A DNA stretch of 63,251 bases, filler included, from Thraustochytrium aureum (taxonomy: Eukaryota): NCBI GenBank assembly GCA_012862495.1. It is 5 parts of 4 records of this genome, joined end to end, with 100 filler letters (N's around TTAATTAATTAA, not from the genome) between each part and the next. Parts side by side here need not be neighbours in the genome. Positions count along the whole stretch, not along the records: positions 37,217 to 52,418 come from BLSG01000081.1; positions 52,519 to 61,626 come from BLSG01000082.1; 3 more parts are not named here. One strand, written 5' to 3'. Positions within the stretch are counted from its first letter, which is position 1; each line of letters starts with the position of its first letter. Both the position numbers and the translations under genes were made by a program. The notes beneath the pieces were generated by a model that worked only from the letters and a program-made list of their open reading frames with translations, was not told where the DNA came from and did not search any database. Positions 43,023-54,580 of the stretch are shown here, one piece after another.

Positions 43023-46000
43023 TCACGGCGTATCCACGGTGGCTTGTCGCACCGCCTTCCTGGGCCGGACGCGAATATGCCGCGCGCGCGTTCCGTCCTT
43101 GTTGGAAGCCGAATCTGACGTCGCAGGCGACTCTGCCGATTGCCTTGGCTGCAGCAAGGTTTCGGAGCGCCCGCCCAGGCCCGAGCTCTGCTGGGATTTG
43201 GCCGAGTGCGAAGGGGACGGGGACAGGGCAGGCGCATGCGGCCGCTGGTGTTGCCCAGGAGACAGCGGTGGCGCGACTGCCCGCCCGCCCAGGTCGCCCA
43301 AGGGCAGGGGTGGGCCGCTCCTGTCTTCGAACTGGTAGGTTTCCATGCTCGAGTCGACGGACGACTCGTGCCCGAGAATATCATCGACCCCCAACGCGCC
43401 ATCGCCGGCGGTCTCCAGGCCCCCGGGCTCGGCCTCGTCGCCAAAGACAGAATCGTCGCCGTCGTCGTCCTCGGCCAGAGCAGACGGCCACGAGAGCGCC
43501 TCATGGCACCCGCTGCAAACACGAACTGGCTTGTCAATGCCATACTTTGGAATCGGGACGCGGTTGGAGCTGCACGCGGCGCACACGAGCGAGGAGCAGT
43601 GGCGGCAGTGGTGGCGCCGTGTCGTGACCGAGAACCGCACGCCACAGGCCTGGCAATGGTCGACTTGCGCGTCCTCCACCCACGAGGGGGGGCGCCGGGA
43701 GCAGCTTGAGCATCGCATTGGCCAGGAGCGGGAGCGGCCAGTGCTCGCGCGCGAGCGAGAGCGGCGAGTCGCCCCGCATGTCGCGCGCATTCACGTCTGC
43801 GCCGCGGCGTACGAGGGCAGACACTGCGGCGATCTCGCCGTACCGCACGGCGCAGTGCAGCGGCGTGACGCCGTCCTTGGCGACAGCGCCCACTGTGCTT
43901 GCGCCTCCAGGGGCGCCAAGGAGAATCGCCAACACCTTGGAGGTGCTTCGCTGCCGCACGCGCTCGCGCGGGCCCGCGTCGCCTTGGAGACGCTGCGCGA
44001 GCAGGCCCATGTCAGCGGCGTGTTGCGCAGCGTCCACGGGCTTGCTCGCGCTGGGGAACACGTGGTCGCGCTGTCCGCCCAGCGCAAAGTGAAGCGGCAC
44101 GTAGCCGAGCTTGGTCGGGCTTGCCACCGAGGCGCCGGCGTCAAGCAGGGTCTCCATGACCTTGAAGGCGCGGCGCAGCGTGTCGAGGGGCTGCGAGTCG
44201 CGCGCGATTACCTCGCAAGCGATGGCGGCAGCCCGGTGCAGCGGGGTCCGCCNNNNNNNNNNNNNNNNNNNNNNNNNNNNNNNNNNNNNNNNNNNNNNNN
44301 NNNNNNNNNNNNNNNNNNNNNNNNNNNNNNNNNNNNNNNNNNNNNNNNNNNNNNNNNNNNNNNNNNNNNNNNNNNNNNNNNNNNNNNNNNNNNNNNNNNN
44401 NNNNNNNNNNNNNNNNNNNNNNNNNNNNNNNNNNNNNNNNNNNNNNNNNNNNNNNNNNNNNNNNNNNNNNNNNNNNNNNNNNNNNNNNNNNNNNNNNNNN
44501 NNNNNNNNNNNNNNNNNNNNNNNNNNNNNNNNNNNNNNNNNNNNNNNNNNNNNNNNNNNNNNNNNNNNNNNNNNNNNNNNNNNNNNNNNNNNNNNNNNNN
44601 NNNNNNNNNNNNNNNNNNNNNNNNNNNNNNNNNNNNNNNNNNNNNNNNNNNNNNNNNNNNNNNNNNNNNNNNNNNNNNNNNNNNNNNNNNNNNNNNNNNN
44701 NNNNNNNGTGCCTTGCGTTGCCGAGCTTTGCAGCCAGGTTGAGCATGGGGTGTTGGTGGCCAACCGCGTCGCCATAAGCGCTGTGCTGCGACGCCGTGCT
44801 CTCGTTGCTCAATCGCTTTGACTTTCTCCGGCTGGCCCTGTCGCGGCTGCCGCCCATGATGAGCGTCTCTACGATCTGGTCCAGCTCCTCTGGCGTGGCC
44901 CAGTCGACGGCGAAGGGTATCTTGACAGGGCGGTTCGCGCTTGCGCCCTTGCCCTGCTTGGTGGTCTGCCGCGGCGAGCCCGCGCGCTCGCCCTCCTCGT
45001 CGCTGGGCTCGTCGCCGTCTTCGGCGCCGCTGCGGCCGCCTCCTGCCGCGACCGAGTCTCTAGCAGGAACCACGTCCTGCTGGCTGTGCATCGTTTCGCT
45101 CGAGAAGGCGGCCGGGCGAAATCGGCCCGTGGCGGCGCGCCGTTGCTTGCCCGCCGCAAGGGCGACCTCCACCGGCAGTGCGCCAGAGGCTGCCGGCGCA
45201 TCCGGGTCCACCCCTCGCGCGAGCAGGTCGACCACAATGTCGGCCCTGCCAGACAGCACGGCAAGCTCCATGGAGTTGTCGTCTTCGACGGCAATGGCCA
45301 GCAAGACATCCGAGCACACCGACGCGAGGCAGGTCTCGGGTCGGTCCATGAAGCTGTCGTCTTCCTCCTCGTCGTCCGCGCCGAACGTATCGACAGGGTC
45401 GTGGAGAGCTTTGAGCAGGTACGGCATGGCCTTGCCGTCCTGCGCAAGCGCGCTCCGCTTGAGCAGGTCGATGCAGGACCTCGCGAGCTCTGGGTCGGCG
45501 CAGCCGTCGGTCGGGTGCATTCTCAGAGCAAACTGCAGCACGGCTAGCGTCATTGAAAACCATCGCGCGCTCGCGGCGCGTCCGCCGCTGCCGCTGCAGC
45601 TGGTCGCGGTCACGGTATCGCGCAGCGCGTGGCTCGCGACGCGTTCGAGCCGCGGGATCCGAAAGGTTTTGGCTGCTCGGTGCACGCTGGCGACGAATTG
45701 CAGCCGCCGCAGGTCGTCCACGGGGCCGAGCTCCACGCTGTCCGTGTATAGGAACCGCACCAGGGCCGCCATCACGGCAAAGTCGCTGACGAGGTCGGAG
45801 GTCACCTCGTGCCTCCCAGCCCACTGGCCGCCGGGGAGCAGCCTGGCCCGCAGCACCGGCGACCGCANNNNNNNNNNNNNNNNNNNNNNNNNNNNNNNNN
45901 NNNNNNNNNNNNNNNNNNNNNNNNNNNNNNNNNNNNNNNNNNNNNNNNNNNNNNNNNNNNNNNNNNNNNNNNNNNNNNNNNNNNNNNNNNNNNNNNNNNN

Positions 46001-46679
46001 NNNNNNNNNNNNNNNNNNNNNNNNNNNNNNNNNNNNNNNNNNNNNNNNNNNNNNNNNNNNNNNNNNNNNNNNNNNNNNNNNNNNNNNNNNNNNNNNNNNN
46101 NNNNNNNNNNNNNNNNNNNNNNNNNNNNNNNNNNNNNNNNNNNNNNNNNNNNNNNNNNNNNNNNNNNNNNNNNNNNNNNNNNNNNNNNNNNNNNNNNNNN
46201 NNNNNNNNNNNNNNNNNNNNNNNNNNNNNNNNNNNNNNNNNNNNNNNNNNNNNNNNNNNNNNNNNNNNNNNNNNNNNNNNNNNNNNNNNNNNNNNNNNNN
46301 NNNNNNNNNNNNNNNNNNNNNNNNNNNNNNNNNNNNNNNNNNNNNNNNNNNNNNNNNNNNNNNNNNNNNNNNNNNNNNNNNNNNNNNNNNNNNNNNNNNN
46401 NNNNNNNNNNNNNNNNNNNNNNNNNNNNNNNNNNNNNNNNNNNNNNNNNNNNNNNNNNNNNNNNNNNNNNNNNNNNNNNNNNNNNNNNNNNNNNNNNNNN
46501 NNNNNNNNNNNNNNNNNNNNNNNNNNNNNNNNNNNNNNNNNNNNNNNNNNNNNNNNNNNNNNNNNNNNNNNNNNNNNNNNNNNNNNNNNNNNNNNNNNNN
46601 NNNNNNNNNNNNNNNNNNNNNNNNNNNNNNNNNNNNNNNNNNNNNNNNNNTGGCCGCCGCCGATGCGAATCAAGTCCAT
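43023..46679 (-). CDS. BTB/POZ-like + ankyrin repeats + FYVE zinc finger (Rabankyrin-5/ANKFY1-like architecture); gaps and a frameshift at the G7 run 43686-43692; start uncertain
   Basis: BTB-like ALVRFLYTDSV..A..F.IPRLE. Ankyrin TPLHRAA, GYVPLHFA, GVTPLHCAVRYG, GADVNARD.RGDSPLSLA. FYVE WVED..C..C...FSVTTRRHHCRHC..VC..CS...PVRVC..C. Confidence 0.88.
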
Positions 46680-47618
46680 CTGCGGTGTGACCAGGTGTGC
46701 CAAGCCCTGCCATCGCCGCGCTCGACCGCTTCCGCTTTAGCCAAGCAGCGAGCCCACGCACCTGCCGCTTACCCCTCCGTTTGGCAGACCGGCGCCTCGC
46801 AGCGGAGAAGCGAGTGGGAGGCAGAGAGGGATGCTGCGGGTCGTTCTCTTTGCGGCCGGCGCGATGGCTCGTGTAGACAAACCCGTCGAGCCATCCCAAG
46901 GCATCCTGCGCCACCCGCGCAACGGGGCGCAACTAGGCGGTTCCTTTCTCCTTTGACATCGGCCTGGAAGACGCGCCAACGGCCCCGTCGTCCGGCGATG
47001 GGCTGCAGCCGTCGTTCATCTTCGGGCTCCTCCTCATCAGCCGTAGAGCCAGCCGCCCGAGCGGAATATGGTGTCTTGGTCCGATTTCCCTCGCCGAGCG
47101 TTGCTTCAGAGCGCCCGTGACGCGCACCATGCAGCAAGTGGCCCCGATTGGCTGTCCGGCCCTGTGCTTGCTCGCGCGCCCAGCGGGGACCGAATGCGGC
47201 AATTCCTCTTTTCGTCTCTGCACGCGATCCCTTTCGCCACCGCTCTGACGGGATGATCCTCGAGCACCGCCTGCAACGTGGAGCAGACCCTCCCACCTTT
47301 TGAGTCAATGTTGGCCCCGACCCCGCAAATCTTCAAGACAGCAGGGGTACAAGTACTGGTGGCCGCCGCAAGTCTCATTTCGGGCGCGGCCTGTTCCATC
47401 CCCGTTCAGCTCCACACCTCAACGGCGATTGAGGCGTCGGCAAACCGCTCTGCTCCAGAATCCTCAACAATAGCCCGTTCTTCATGGACATGGCGAATCC
47501 TGGAGGATGACAACCCATTCATCGTCGACAAGGCGAAGAAGCCCGATTCCTCGGGCCGAGCTCGGCCAGACTCCAGGAAGCGCTCTGGCTGTTCAGACGC
47601 GTCAAGCAGTACCTTGCG

Positions 47619-47670
47619 GGTCTCGAGCACGAGGGGTCTCGAGCACGAGGGGTCTCGAGCACGAGGGGTC
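47619..47670. repeat. 16-bp tandem repeat GGTCTCGAGCACGAGG x3
   Basis: Directly visible. Confidence 0.9.
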
Positions 47671-48219
47671 GCCGCACTCACCCCACCTCGGGACGTCGTA
47701 GACCCCAGGCTCCCATCTCGATTTTCTGCGGCCCTCCTGTCGCAATTCTGCCAGGGACATCTTGGACGCGGCGACCACCTCGATCATCCACCCACTCGCT
47801 CACTCCTCGCCAAACCACCGCGTCGACGTGAGCGAAAACGGACCAAACGGCTCTTCACACGAGCACGCCTTCGTTCTCTGCATACGAGTATTGAATTCCA
47901 ATCAATGTATTGAACATCAAGATATAGAGGTGTGTTCCGCGATTCCCTCTGCTCGTTCTTCGCCGTCAGGTGGCGTTCAGCGAGTTTGTGTGCAAAACGT
48001 CGCACAAGACCCCGCGCCCCCTAACCCGCCGCTCAGGTATTGGCTCCGGGTCGTGTATTGGTCGCTCCGTGGAGTGGACCGCCAAATCGGCGCCGATGCA
48101 AAAGTGGTCAAGGGCACCACGAGGCCGAAGGACTGCCTGCCTGCCTGCTGCGAAGCGATGCGACTCTGCTGCCGCGAGCGACCGTTCCCCCGCATCCCTC
48201 CAGCACCCGCCCGCTCTGC

Positions 48220-48332
48220 CTCGCGCGAGCCTCGCGCGAGCCTCGAGCAAGCCTCGAGCAAGCCTCGAGCCGTCTTCTCTTTTCTCGCGTCGGCTGCCCA
48301 AACGCAGGCAAAACGCAGGCGAAACGCAGGCT
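48220..48332. repeat. Two adjacent 11-bp tandem arrays (AGCCTCGAGCA-like x4; AAACGCAGGCN x3)
   Basis: Directly visible upstream of the second myosin. Confidence 0.8.
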
Positions 48333-49418
48333 CAGGCTGCTCCACTTGGGCGGCGGCGGCTCGCGCACAGTCAATGCCCTGATGAATGGACAAACGCACT
48401 GCCAGTGCGGCGACTCTCATCAGCAGCTGTGAGAGCAGGTGAGTACTTACTTGCTCGACTCGAGGCGCTCGGCGCGCCTCGGAGGCCGTGCGCGAATGAA
48501 TCTCCCTCCTTTCCGAGCGCCGCCAGCAGTGAACCACGACGACAACGNNNNNNNNNNNNNNNNNNNNNNNNNNNNNNNNNNNNNNNNNNNNNNNNNNNNN
48601 NNNNNNNNNNNNNNNNNNNNNNNNNNNNNNNNNNNNNNNNNNNNNNNNNNNNNNNNNNNNNNNNNNNNNNNNNNNNNNNNNNNNNNNNNNNNNNNNNNNN
48701 NNNNNNNNNNNNNNNNNNNNNNNNNNNNNNNNNNNNNNNNNNNNNNNNNNNNNNNNNNNNNNNNNNNNNNNNNNNNNNNNNNNNNNNNNNNNNNNNNNNN
48801 NNNNNNNNNNNNNNNNNNNNNNNNNNNNNNNNNNNNNNNNNNNNNNNNNNNNNNNNNNNNNNNNNNNNNNNNNNNNNNNNNNNNNNNNNNNNNNNNNNNN
48901 NNNNNNNNNNNNNNNNNNNNNNNNNNNNNNNNNNNNNNNNNNNNNNNNNNNNNNNNNNNNNNNNNNNNNNNNNNNNNNNNNNNNNNNNNNNNNNNNNNNN
49001 NNNNNNNNNNNNNNNNNNNNNNNNNNNNNNNNNNNNNNNNNNNNNNNNNNNNNNNNNNNNNNNNNNNNNNNNNNNNNNNNNNNNNNNNNNNNNNNNNNNN
49101 NNNNNNNNNNNNNNNNNNNNNNNNNNNNNNNNNNNNNNNNNNNNNNNNNNNNNNNNNNNNNNNNNNNNNNNNNNNNNNNNNNNNNNNNNNNNNNNNNNNN
49201 NNNNNNNNNNNNNNNNNNNNNNNNNNNNNNNNNNNNNNNNNNNNNNNNNNNNNNNNNNNNNNNNNNNNNNNNNNNNNNNNNNNNNNNNNNNNNNNNNNNN
49301 NNNNNNNNNNNNNNNNNNNNNNNNNNNNNNNNNNNNNNNNNNNNNNNNNNNNNNNNNNNNNNNNNNNNNNNNNNNNNNNNNNNNNNNNNNNNNNNNNNNN
49401 NNNNNNNNNNNNNNNNNN

Positions 49419-52299
49419 GACGCCGGCGAGCAGTCGAGCATCTTCTCGATGCTGGCCGGCGTGCTCTGCGCCGGCAACATCACCTTCAAGGACAAGGAGC
49501 AGTCCTCGGGCCTCACAGGGTCAGAGGTGGCTACCCCCAAATGGCTCGAACAGGCGGCCGCGCACTGGGGCCTCGACACCATGATGATGGGCGAGCTCAT
49601 CACCTCGCGCACCGTGTCGGCGGCTGGCGAGACGAGCGCTGTCGTCCTGGACGCGGCCAAGGCCAAGGACGCGGTCGACGCGCTCTGCAAGGCGGTCTAC
49701 GGCCGTTTGTTCCAGACGCTCGTCTCTGAGGTCAACGAGAGCATGGCGCCCCCCTCGAGCGACTACTTTATCGGGCTGCTCGACATTTTTGGCTTTGAGA
49801 TTCTCGAGAGCAACTCGTTCGAGCAGCTCTGCATCAACTACTGCAACGAGAAGCTCCAGCACTACCACAACCAGCACACCTTCGACGCGGAGGAGGCCTT
49901 TTACAAGTCCGAGGGAGTCGAGTACCACTTCCTCAAGCCGCGCGACAACCAGGCCGTGCTGGACCTGATCGAGGCCAAGCCCAAGGGCCTGCTGATCACG
50001 CTCGACGACGAGGGCGCCCTCCCCGGCGGCTCGGACAAGGGCTGGCTCGGCAAGGCGGAGAAGGACCACGGCGCCAACGCGCTGTTTGGGTCCGACTTTC
50101 GGGAAAAGTTCAACTCGACGCTCACCTTCCAAGTCGTGCACTACGCCGGCGAGGTCCGCTACAACGCGACCGGGTTCGTGGCCAAGAACAAGGACACCAT
50201 GTGGGCCTCGCTCTACGAGCTGCTCTCCAGCTCCACCGAGCCCACCATGCAGCGCATGTTCCCCGTGGGCAAGTACGTCAGCAAGACCAAGCCCGTGGCG
50301 GCTCAGTTCCGCACCAACGTGGGCGACCTGCTTGGCCTGATCAAGTCGACGCAGACGCGCTTCATCCGCTGCATCAAGCCCAATGCGCTCATGCGGCCCA
50401 AGGACTTTGACGCGCCGCTCATCGTGGACCAGCTCAACAACAGCGGCGTGTACGAGACGATTGAGATCCGCAAGACGGGCTTTCCCTTCCGCCTGACCCA
50501 CAAGCAGTTCGCGTTCCAGTTCTCCTGCATCAACATCCGCCACCGCTACCCGAGCGAGTACGCGGAGAAGGGCGACTGGCGCAACCTGTGCGCCGAGATC
50601 CTCAACGCAAACCCGCGTCTGCAGGAGCTCGCAGAGGACATCCGCATCGGAACCTCGATGGTGCTGTACCGCGTCTCGGTGCACAAGCCGCTCACGCTGC
50701 TGCGCAACCTCGCGATCGAGATCACGCTGCCGCGCGTGCAGGCCTTCATCCGCGGCGCCATCGGGCGCCACTACATGAACCAGCTGCGCACCGCCGAGGT
50801 GCGGCTGCGCACCGCGCTCGAGACCGCCAACGACATCGCCATGGTGCGCGAGGGCTTTGAGCTTGCAGAGAGCTGCAAGGCCTGGCTCGAGCCCAACCTT
50901 GCCTTTCTCCCCCGCGTACCCGATGGTCAACTACAACAAGGGCAAGCACTTGGAGGGCCGCCTCATGGCCTGGGAGGACCTCCAGGCCGAGATGGAGCGC
51001 CACGCCGACGGCAAGTCTCCCGAGGACGTTGACGTCACCCTCTACAAAGCCCTCATCGACATGTGCAAGCGCGCAGACACCGAGCTCAGCGACGTGACGC
51101 GCACCGCGGCGCAGCAAGAGCTGTACGAATTTTGCCAGGAGCTCATCTCCGACTCTCCGCCCGGCCGCCTGGACGCCGAGGCCGGCCCCGCGCTCCTCTC
51201 GCTCGACCGCGCGCGCATGCAGGCCGCCAAGGACAAGTCGGACGAGCTCGGCTACCCGACCGAGACGGTGGACAAGATTGCATTCATTCTCGAGCGGCTC
51301 GTTTTCGTGGACGAAGAGTCCAAGGCCAGCCTCGACGTGCTCGACGGTGCGCGCATGAAGGCCTGCCTCGACGAGGCCAACCTCTACAAGCACACCAACG
51401 CGAGCTTGGAGGAGATCCAGCGCATGTTTGCCATGCCAGAGAAGGAGTTTGTCAAGCTCGAGCTCGAGGCGGCCAAGCGCCTGGGCGACAAGCCCCGCGA
51501 GACGCACCGCCGCATCCGCCTCAAGGAGATCCATTACGACGAGGAGGGCCACAAGTACGAGGACACCTGGGGCTCGGGCCACGCTCGCGACCCGATGGAC
51601 TTTGCTCGCGCCGCGGGGCTCAAGCTCTGCGGCCGCTCCGCGATCGCGCAGGGGATGCAGTCCTGGACCGACAAGCCGCTCCCCGCCCCGCTCAGTCTCA
51701 TGCCAGGCGAGGTCAAGGGCCGCGAGGTCACCAAGGAGATGAAAAAGCAGATGGCGCTCTGCAAGAAGCAATTCAAGAACTTGCGTGTGTACATGAGCGA
51801 CATCAAGGCCTCGGAGAAGAACCGCGACAAGGCCGGCCAGGCCTTCGTCAAGTTTGGCTGGGACACGCCCGAGCTCCGCAACGAGCTTTTCCTGCAGTGC
51901 ATCAAGCAGGTGACCAACAACCCCGAGCCGGCATCTGTCGAGTCTGGTTACGAGATGCTCAGCCTCCTGATGGCCTCGTTTTTGCCGTCCGCGGGCTTCG
52001 AGGACTACCTCGTCATGTTCGTGCGCCGCAACCCGCCGCCTTCGGGCGACTACAAGCCGCTCACTGCGGCCTTGCACCAGCTTCAGTTCGACGCCGAGGC
52101 TTCCAAGAAGCCGAAGGCGCTCGCGCAGCTCCGCAAGGACATCAAGGCGCTCGCGGAGGATGGCTCGCGCTTTTCCATCGCGCCGGGCGCCTTTACTGGC
52201 CCGACGAACCGCGTTTTGCCCAAGGCGGTGCCGCCGAGCCCGCTTGACGGCGCGAAGGCCAAGGCTGGGTCGGACGCCCCCCAAGAGAGCGCCCACTGA
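49419..52299 (+). CDS. Myosin with motor, single IQ, helical tail and C-terminal MyTH4 domain (5' part in gap 48548-49418; frameshift near 50905)
   Basis: LLDIFGFE, NSFEQLCINYCNEKLQ, HYAGEV.Y, FIRCIKPN, VQAFIRG. The MyTH4 motif G...PELRNELFLQCIKQVTNNP...GYEMLSL...F.PS..FEDYL is in ORF 50857..52299; removing one T at GCCTTTCTCC joins the frames. Confidence 0.93.
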
Positions 52300-52462
52300 G
52301 CGGTCTCCGTCAATCAACCTGCGTCAAGATCGTGGCGCGCAATTCACGCGCGCCCCAACAACCCTTCCCTCGCCCCCTCCCCCCCCTTGTGTCTCGTTTC
52401 GTGTCAGCCGCGAGCTCGNNNNNNNNNNNNNNNNNNNNNNNNNNNNNNNNNNNNNNNNNNNN

Positions 52463-52474
52463 TTAATTAATTAA
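52463..52474. other. Artificial scaffold linker TTAATTAATTAA
   Basis: Same 12-mer between N runs. Confidence 0.97.
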
Positions 52475-52518
52475 NNNNNNNNNNNNNNNNNNNNNNNNNN
52501 NNNNNNNNNNNNNNNNNN

Positions 52519-54441
52519 GCCAAATCCGAGAAACCGGGCAAGGCTCGCCCGGCCCCGCCAGGCAGGTTGGTGGTCGAGGCAAGCCCTGAGAACAACCAAG
52601 AGGACGGCCAAGGCGAGCAAGACGGCCCTGAGAGCGAGCAAGCGGAGAGCGAGGGAGACGAGGACGTCATCGAGAGCGCCGGGGACGTCAGCCAAGACGG
52701 GCCGGACAGCTCGCAAGTCCAGGAGGGCGCTGAGGTTGCGCCGATCCACATCTCGCTCAAGGACGTAGAGCACGACTTTTCCGGCCTCGTGGAGCGCTCG
52801 CGCACAATCCTGGCAAAGCCGGGAGTCAACTTTTTCTATCTTCAGCTCCTCAATGGCGGGTTTCTGACCATGACCAAGGGCTGGATCTGCAATGTCCGTG
52901 ACATGGCCAACGTGCTCGAGCGCACGCTCTTTGTGTGCACCGACCAAGAAGCTTTCGACGGGCTCAGCGAGTTTGCCCGGACTGAGGGCTTGCAGCTCAA
53001 CCTGTACCTCCAAGTTTACGAGACCCCCAAGGTGCTCCGCTACGGCCAGCTGACCTACTACTTTTTCATGCTCTTCCGCGCCTCGATGCTTCACACGATG
53101 GTGGAGAACCGGCTCAGCTTGCTTCTGACCGAGGCGGACGCCACGTGGTTCCAGGACCTCACTGGCTACCTGGAGAAGACCATCGAGGCCTCGACGGACA
53201 TGGTCACCGTGAACGACGACCTCCGCAAAAAGACGTCGCTCAACGGCGGCTTCCTCTGGCTGCGGCCCACCGAGACAACGCGCAAGGTGGTCGGGAGCTT
53301 GTACAAGACGCTGAACGACCGGCTGAAGCAACTGGAGAGCACGGGGAAATCGTACGTGGGCCAGAGCGGCAACGAGCAGTTCATGTTTGAGGCCATCATC
53401 AAGCGCATGAACGAGGACCCGAACCAAAAGTCAGTCAACATCGTGTACCTCAACACCGAGCTCTTCGCGCCCGGCCAGTGGTACCGGTCCAAGTACGCGA
53501 AGCGCGGCCTCTCCCCGTACGTGGTGCTCAACAACTGGCTCCGCGGCCAGGCCGGCAAGATCAAGCGGGCCAAACAGTGGGGCCACTGGTTCCTCAACAA
53601 CGACGATGCCACGTGCAAGAAGAGGAACCTCCCCGCCGTCTTTTCGGCCGCGGACCTCGCGGTCGACTCTCTGCGCGACTGGAGCCCCCTGCTCGACGTT
53701 GCGCTGAGCTTTCCTAGCAAGGACCTTGTCCTCATGCTCGTCAGCGCAGAGAATGTGCAGGTTGCTCTGAGTTGGGCATGCAGCGTGAAGGGCCTTGGCA
53801 ACGTGCTGGACAAGACCCTCTTCGTGTGCACTGATGCGGAAGCCTGCGGTGCGATGAGCGGGTTTTCGGCGTTGCCGATCAAGCTCTTCCAGGACCCGGC
53901 ACCTCTCCCCGCCGACCCAGTTTACTACAAGCTCGCAATCGTGCAGCTCCTGCTCGCGCGCGGCAAGTCTGTGCTCGTTACCAAGCCGGCCGCGACCTGG
54001 TCTGCCGACCCGTTCGAGTACATTCTCTCGCACGCCATGGCCAGCGCCGACATTGTGACCCTGGAGAACAGCCAGAGCAACCCGCGCCTTGTGGACACCG
54101 CGTTTGCCCTGTTCCGCCCGACCGTGGATACGTTCAAGGTGACGAGTCGCGCTGTCCTCGTGGTGCAAAAGTCCATCGTTACGCTCAAGAAGGCGCCGGC
54201 TGAAGCTGCCGCGTTTGAGATTGGCATCCAGGACACCGACTTCGATGCCTCCGGCGAACCGGTTGAGCTTGCGCAACTCGCGCTCCCGACGCTGTCAGCG
54301 ACCAAGAGCCCAGACGGCGTGGGGGAGCCCGACCTGAAGGGCTTGCCGGTAGCGCTGTGGAACAAGATGAACGGCGAGGTCGGCGCCAAGGCGGTGGGGC
54401 TGTGGCGGCTCGGCGACGATCGCTCGTCTTGCGCTGCATAG
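52519..54441 (+). CDS. Nucleotide-diphospho-sugar transferase (GT77-like) with two tandem domains; 5' truncated
   Basis: Domain 1: MT..WICN, TLFVCTD, YG...Y, LLLTEADATWFQD, LNGGFLWLRPT, NEQ, F.PG.WY, NNWL.G..GKIKRAK.WGHWF. Domain 2 repeats WACSV..VLDKTLFVCTD and FALFRPT. Confidence 0.85.
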   Translation, partial: AKSEKPGKARPAPPGRLVVEASPENNQEDGQGEQDGPESEQAESEGDEDVIESAGDVSQDGPDSSQVQEGAEVAPIHISLKDVEHDFSGLVERSRTILAKPGVNFFYLQLLNGGFLTMTKGWICNVRDMANVLERTLFVCTDQEAFDGLSEFARTEGLQLNLYLQVYETPKVLRYGQLTYYFFMLFRASMLHTMVENRLSLLLTEADATWFQDLTGYLEKTIEASTDMVTVNDDLRKKTSLNGGFLWLRPTETTRKVVGSLYKTLNDRLKQLESTGKSYVGQSGNEQFMFEAIIKRMNEDPNQKSVNIVYLNTELFAPGQWYRSKYAKRGLSPYVVLNNWLRGQAGKIKRAKQWGHWFLNNDDATCKKRNLPAVFSAADLAVDSLRDWSPLLDVALSFPSKDLVLMLVSAENVQVALSWACSVKGLGNVLDKTLFVCTDAEACGAMSGFSALPIKLFQDPAPLPADPVYYKLAIVQLLLARGKSVLVTKPAATWSADPFEYILSHAMASADIVTLENSQSNPRLVDTAFALFRPTVDTFKVTSRAVLVVQKSIVTLKKAPAEAAAFEIGIQDTDFDASGEPVELAQLALPTLSATKSPDGVGEPDLKGLPVALWNKMNGEVGAKAVGLWRLGDDRSSCAA

Positions 54442-54580
54442 CCTTGCGGCGCTCGCCTTGCCCAAGTGCAGAACCGGCACGCCAGCCAGCCGTCCTGCGG
54501 CGGCGCAATGCAGAAAACAAAACGAACCAACGTTGACACTTTAGTTGAACTAGCTAGTTGCGCAGAGCCCTCTGGCGGCC

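Noticed and set aside
4046..52317. Long antisense/alternate-frame ORFs (e.g. 4046..5227, 40163..42721, 49521..50930, 50746..52317) and ORFs made mostly of X
   Set aside because: They are shadows of GC3-rich real genes or read-through across N gaps, and show no independent motifs.
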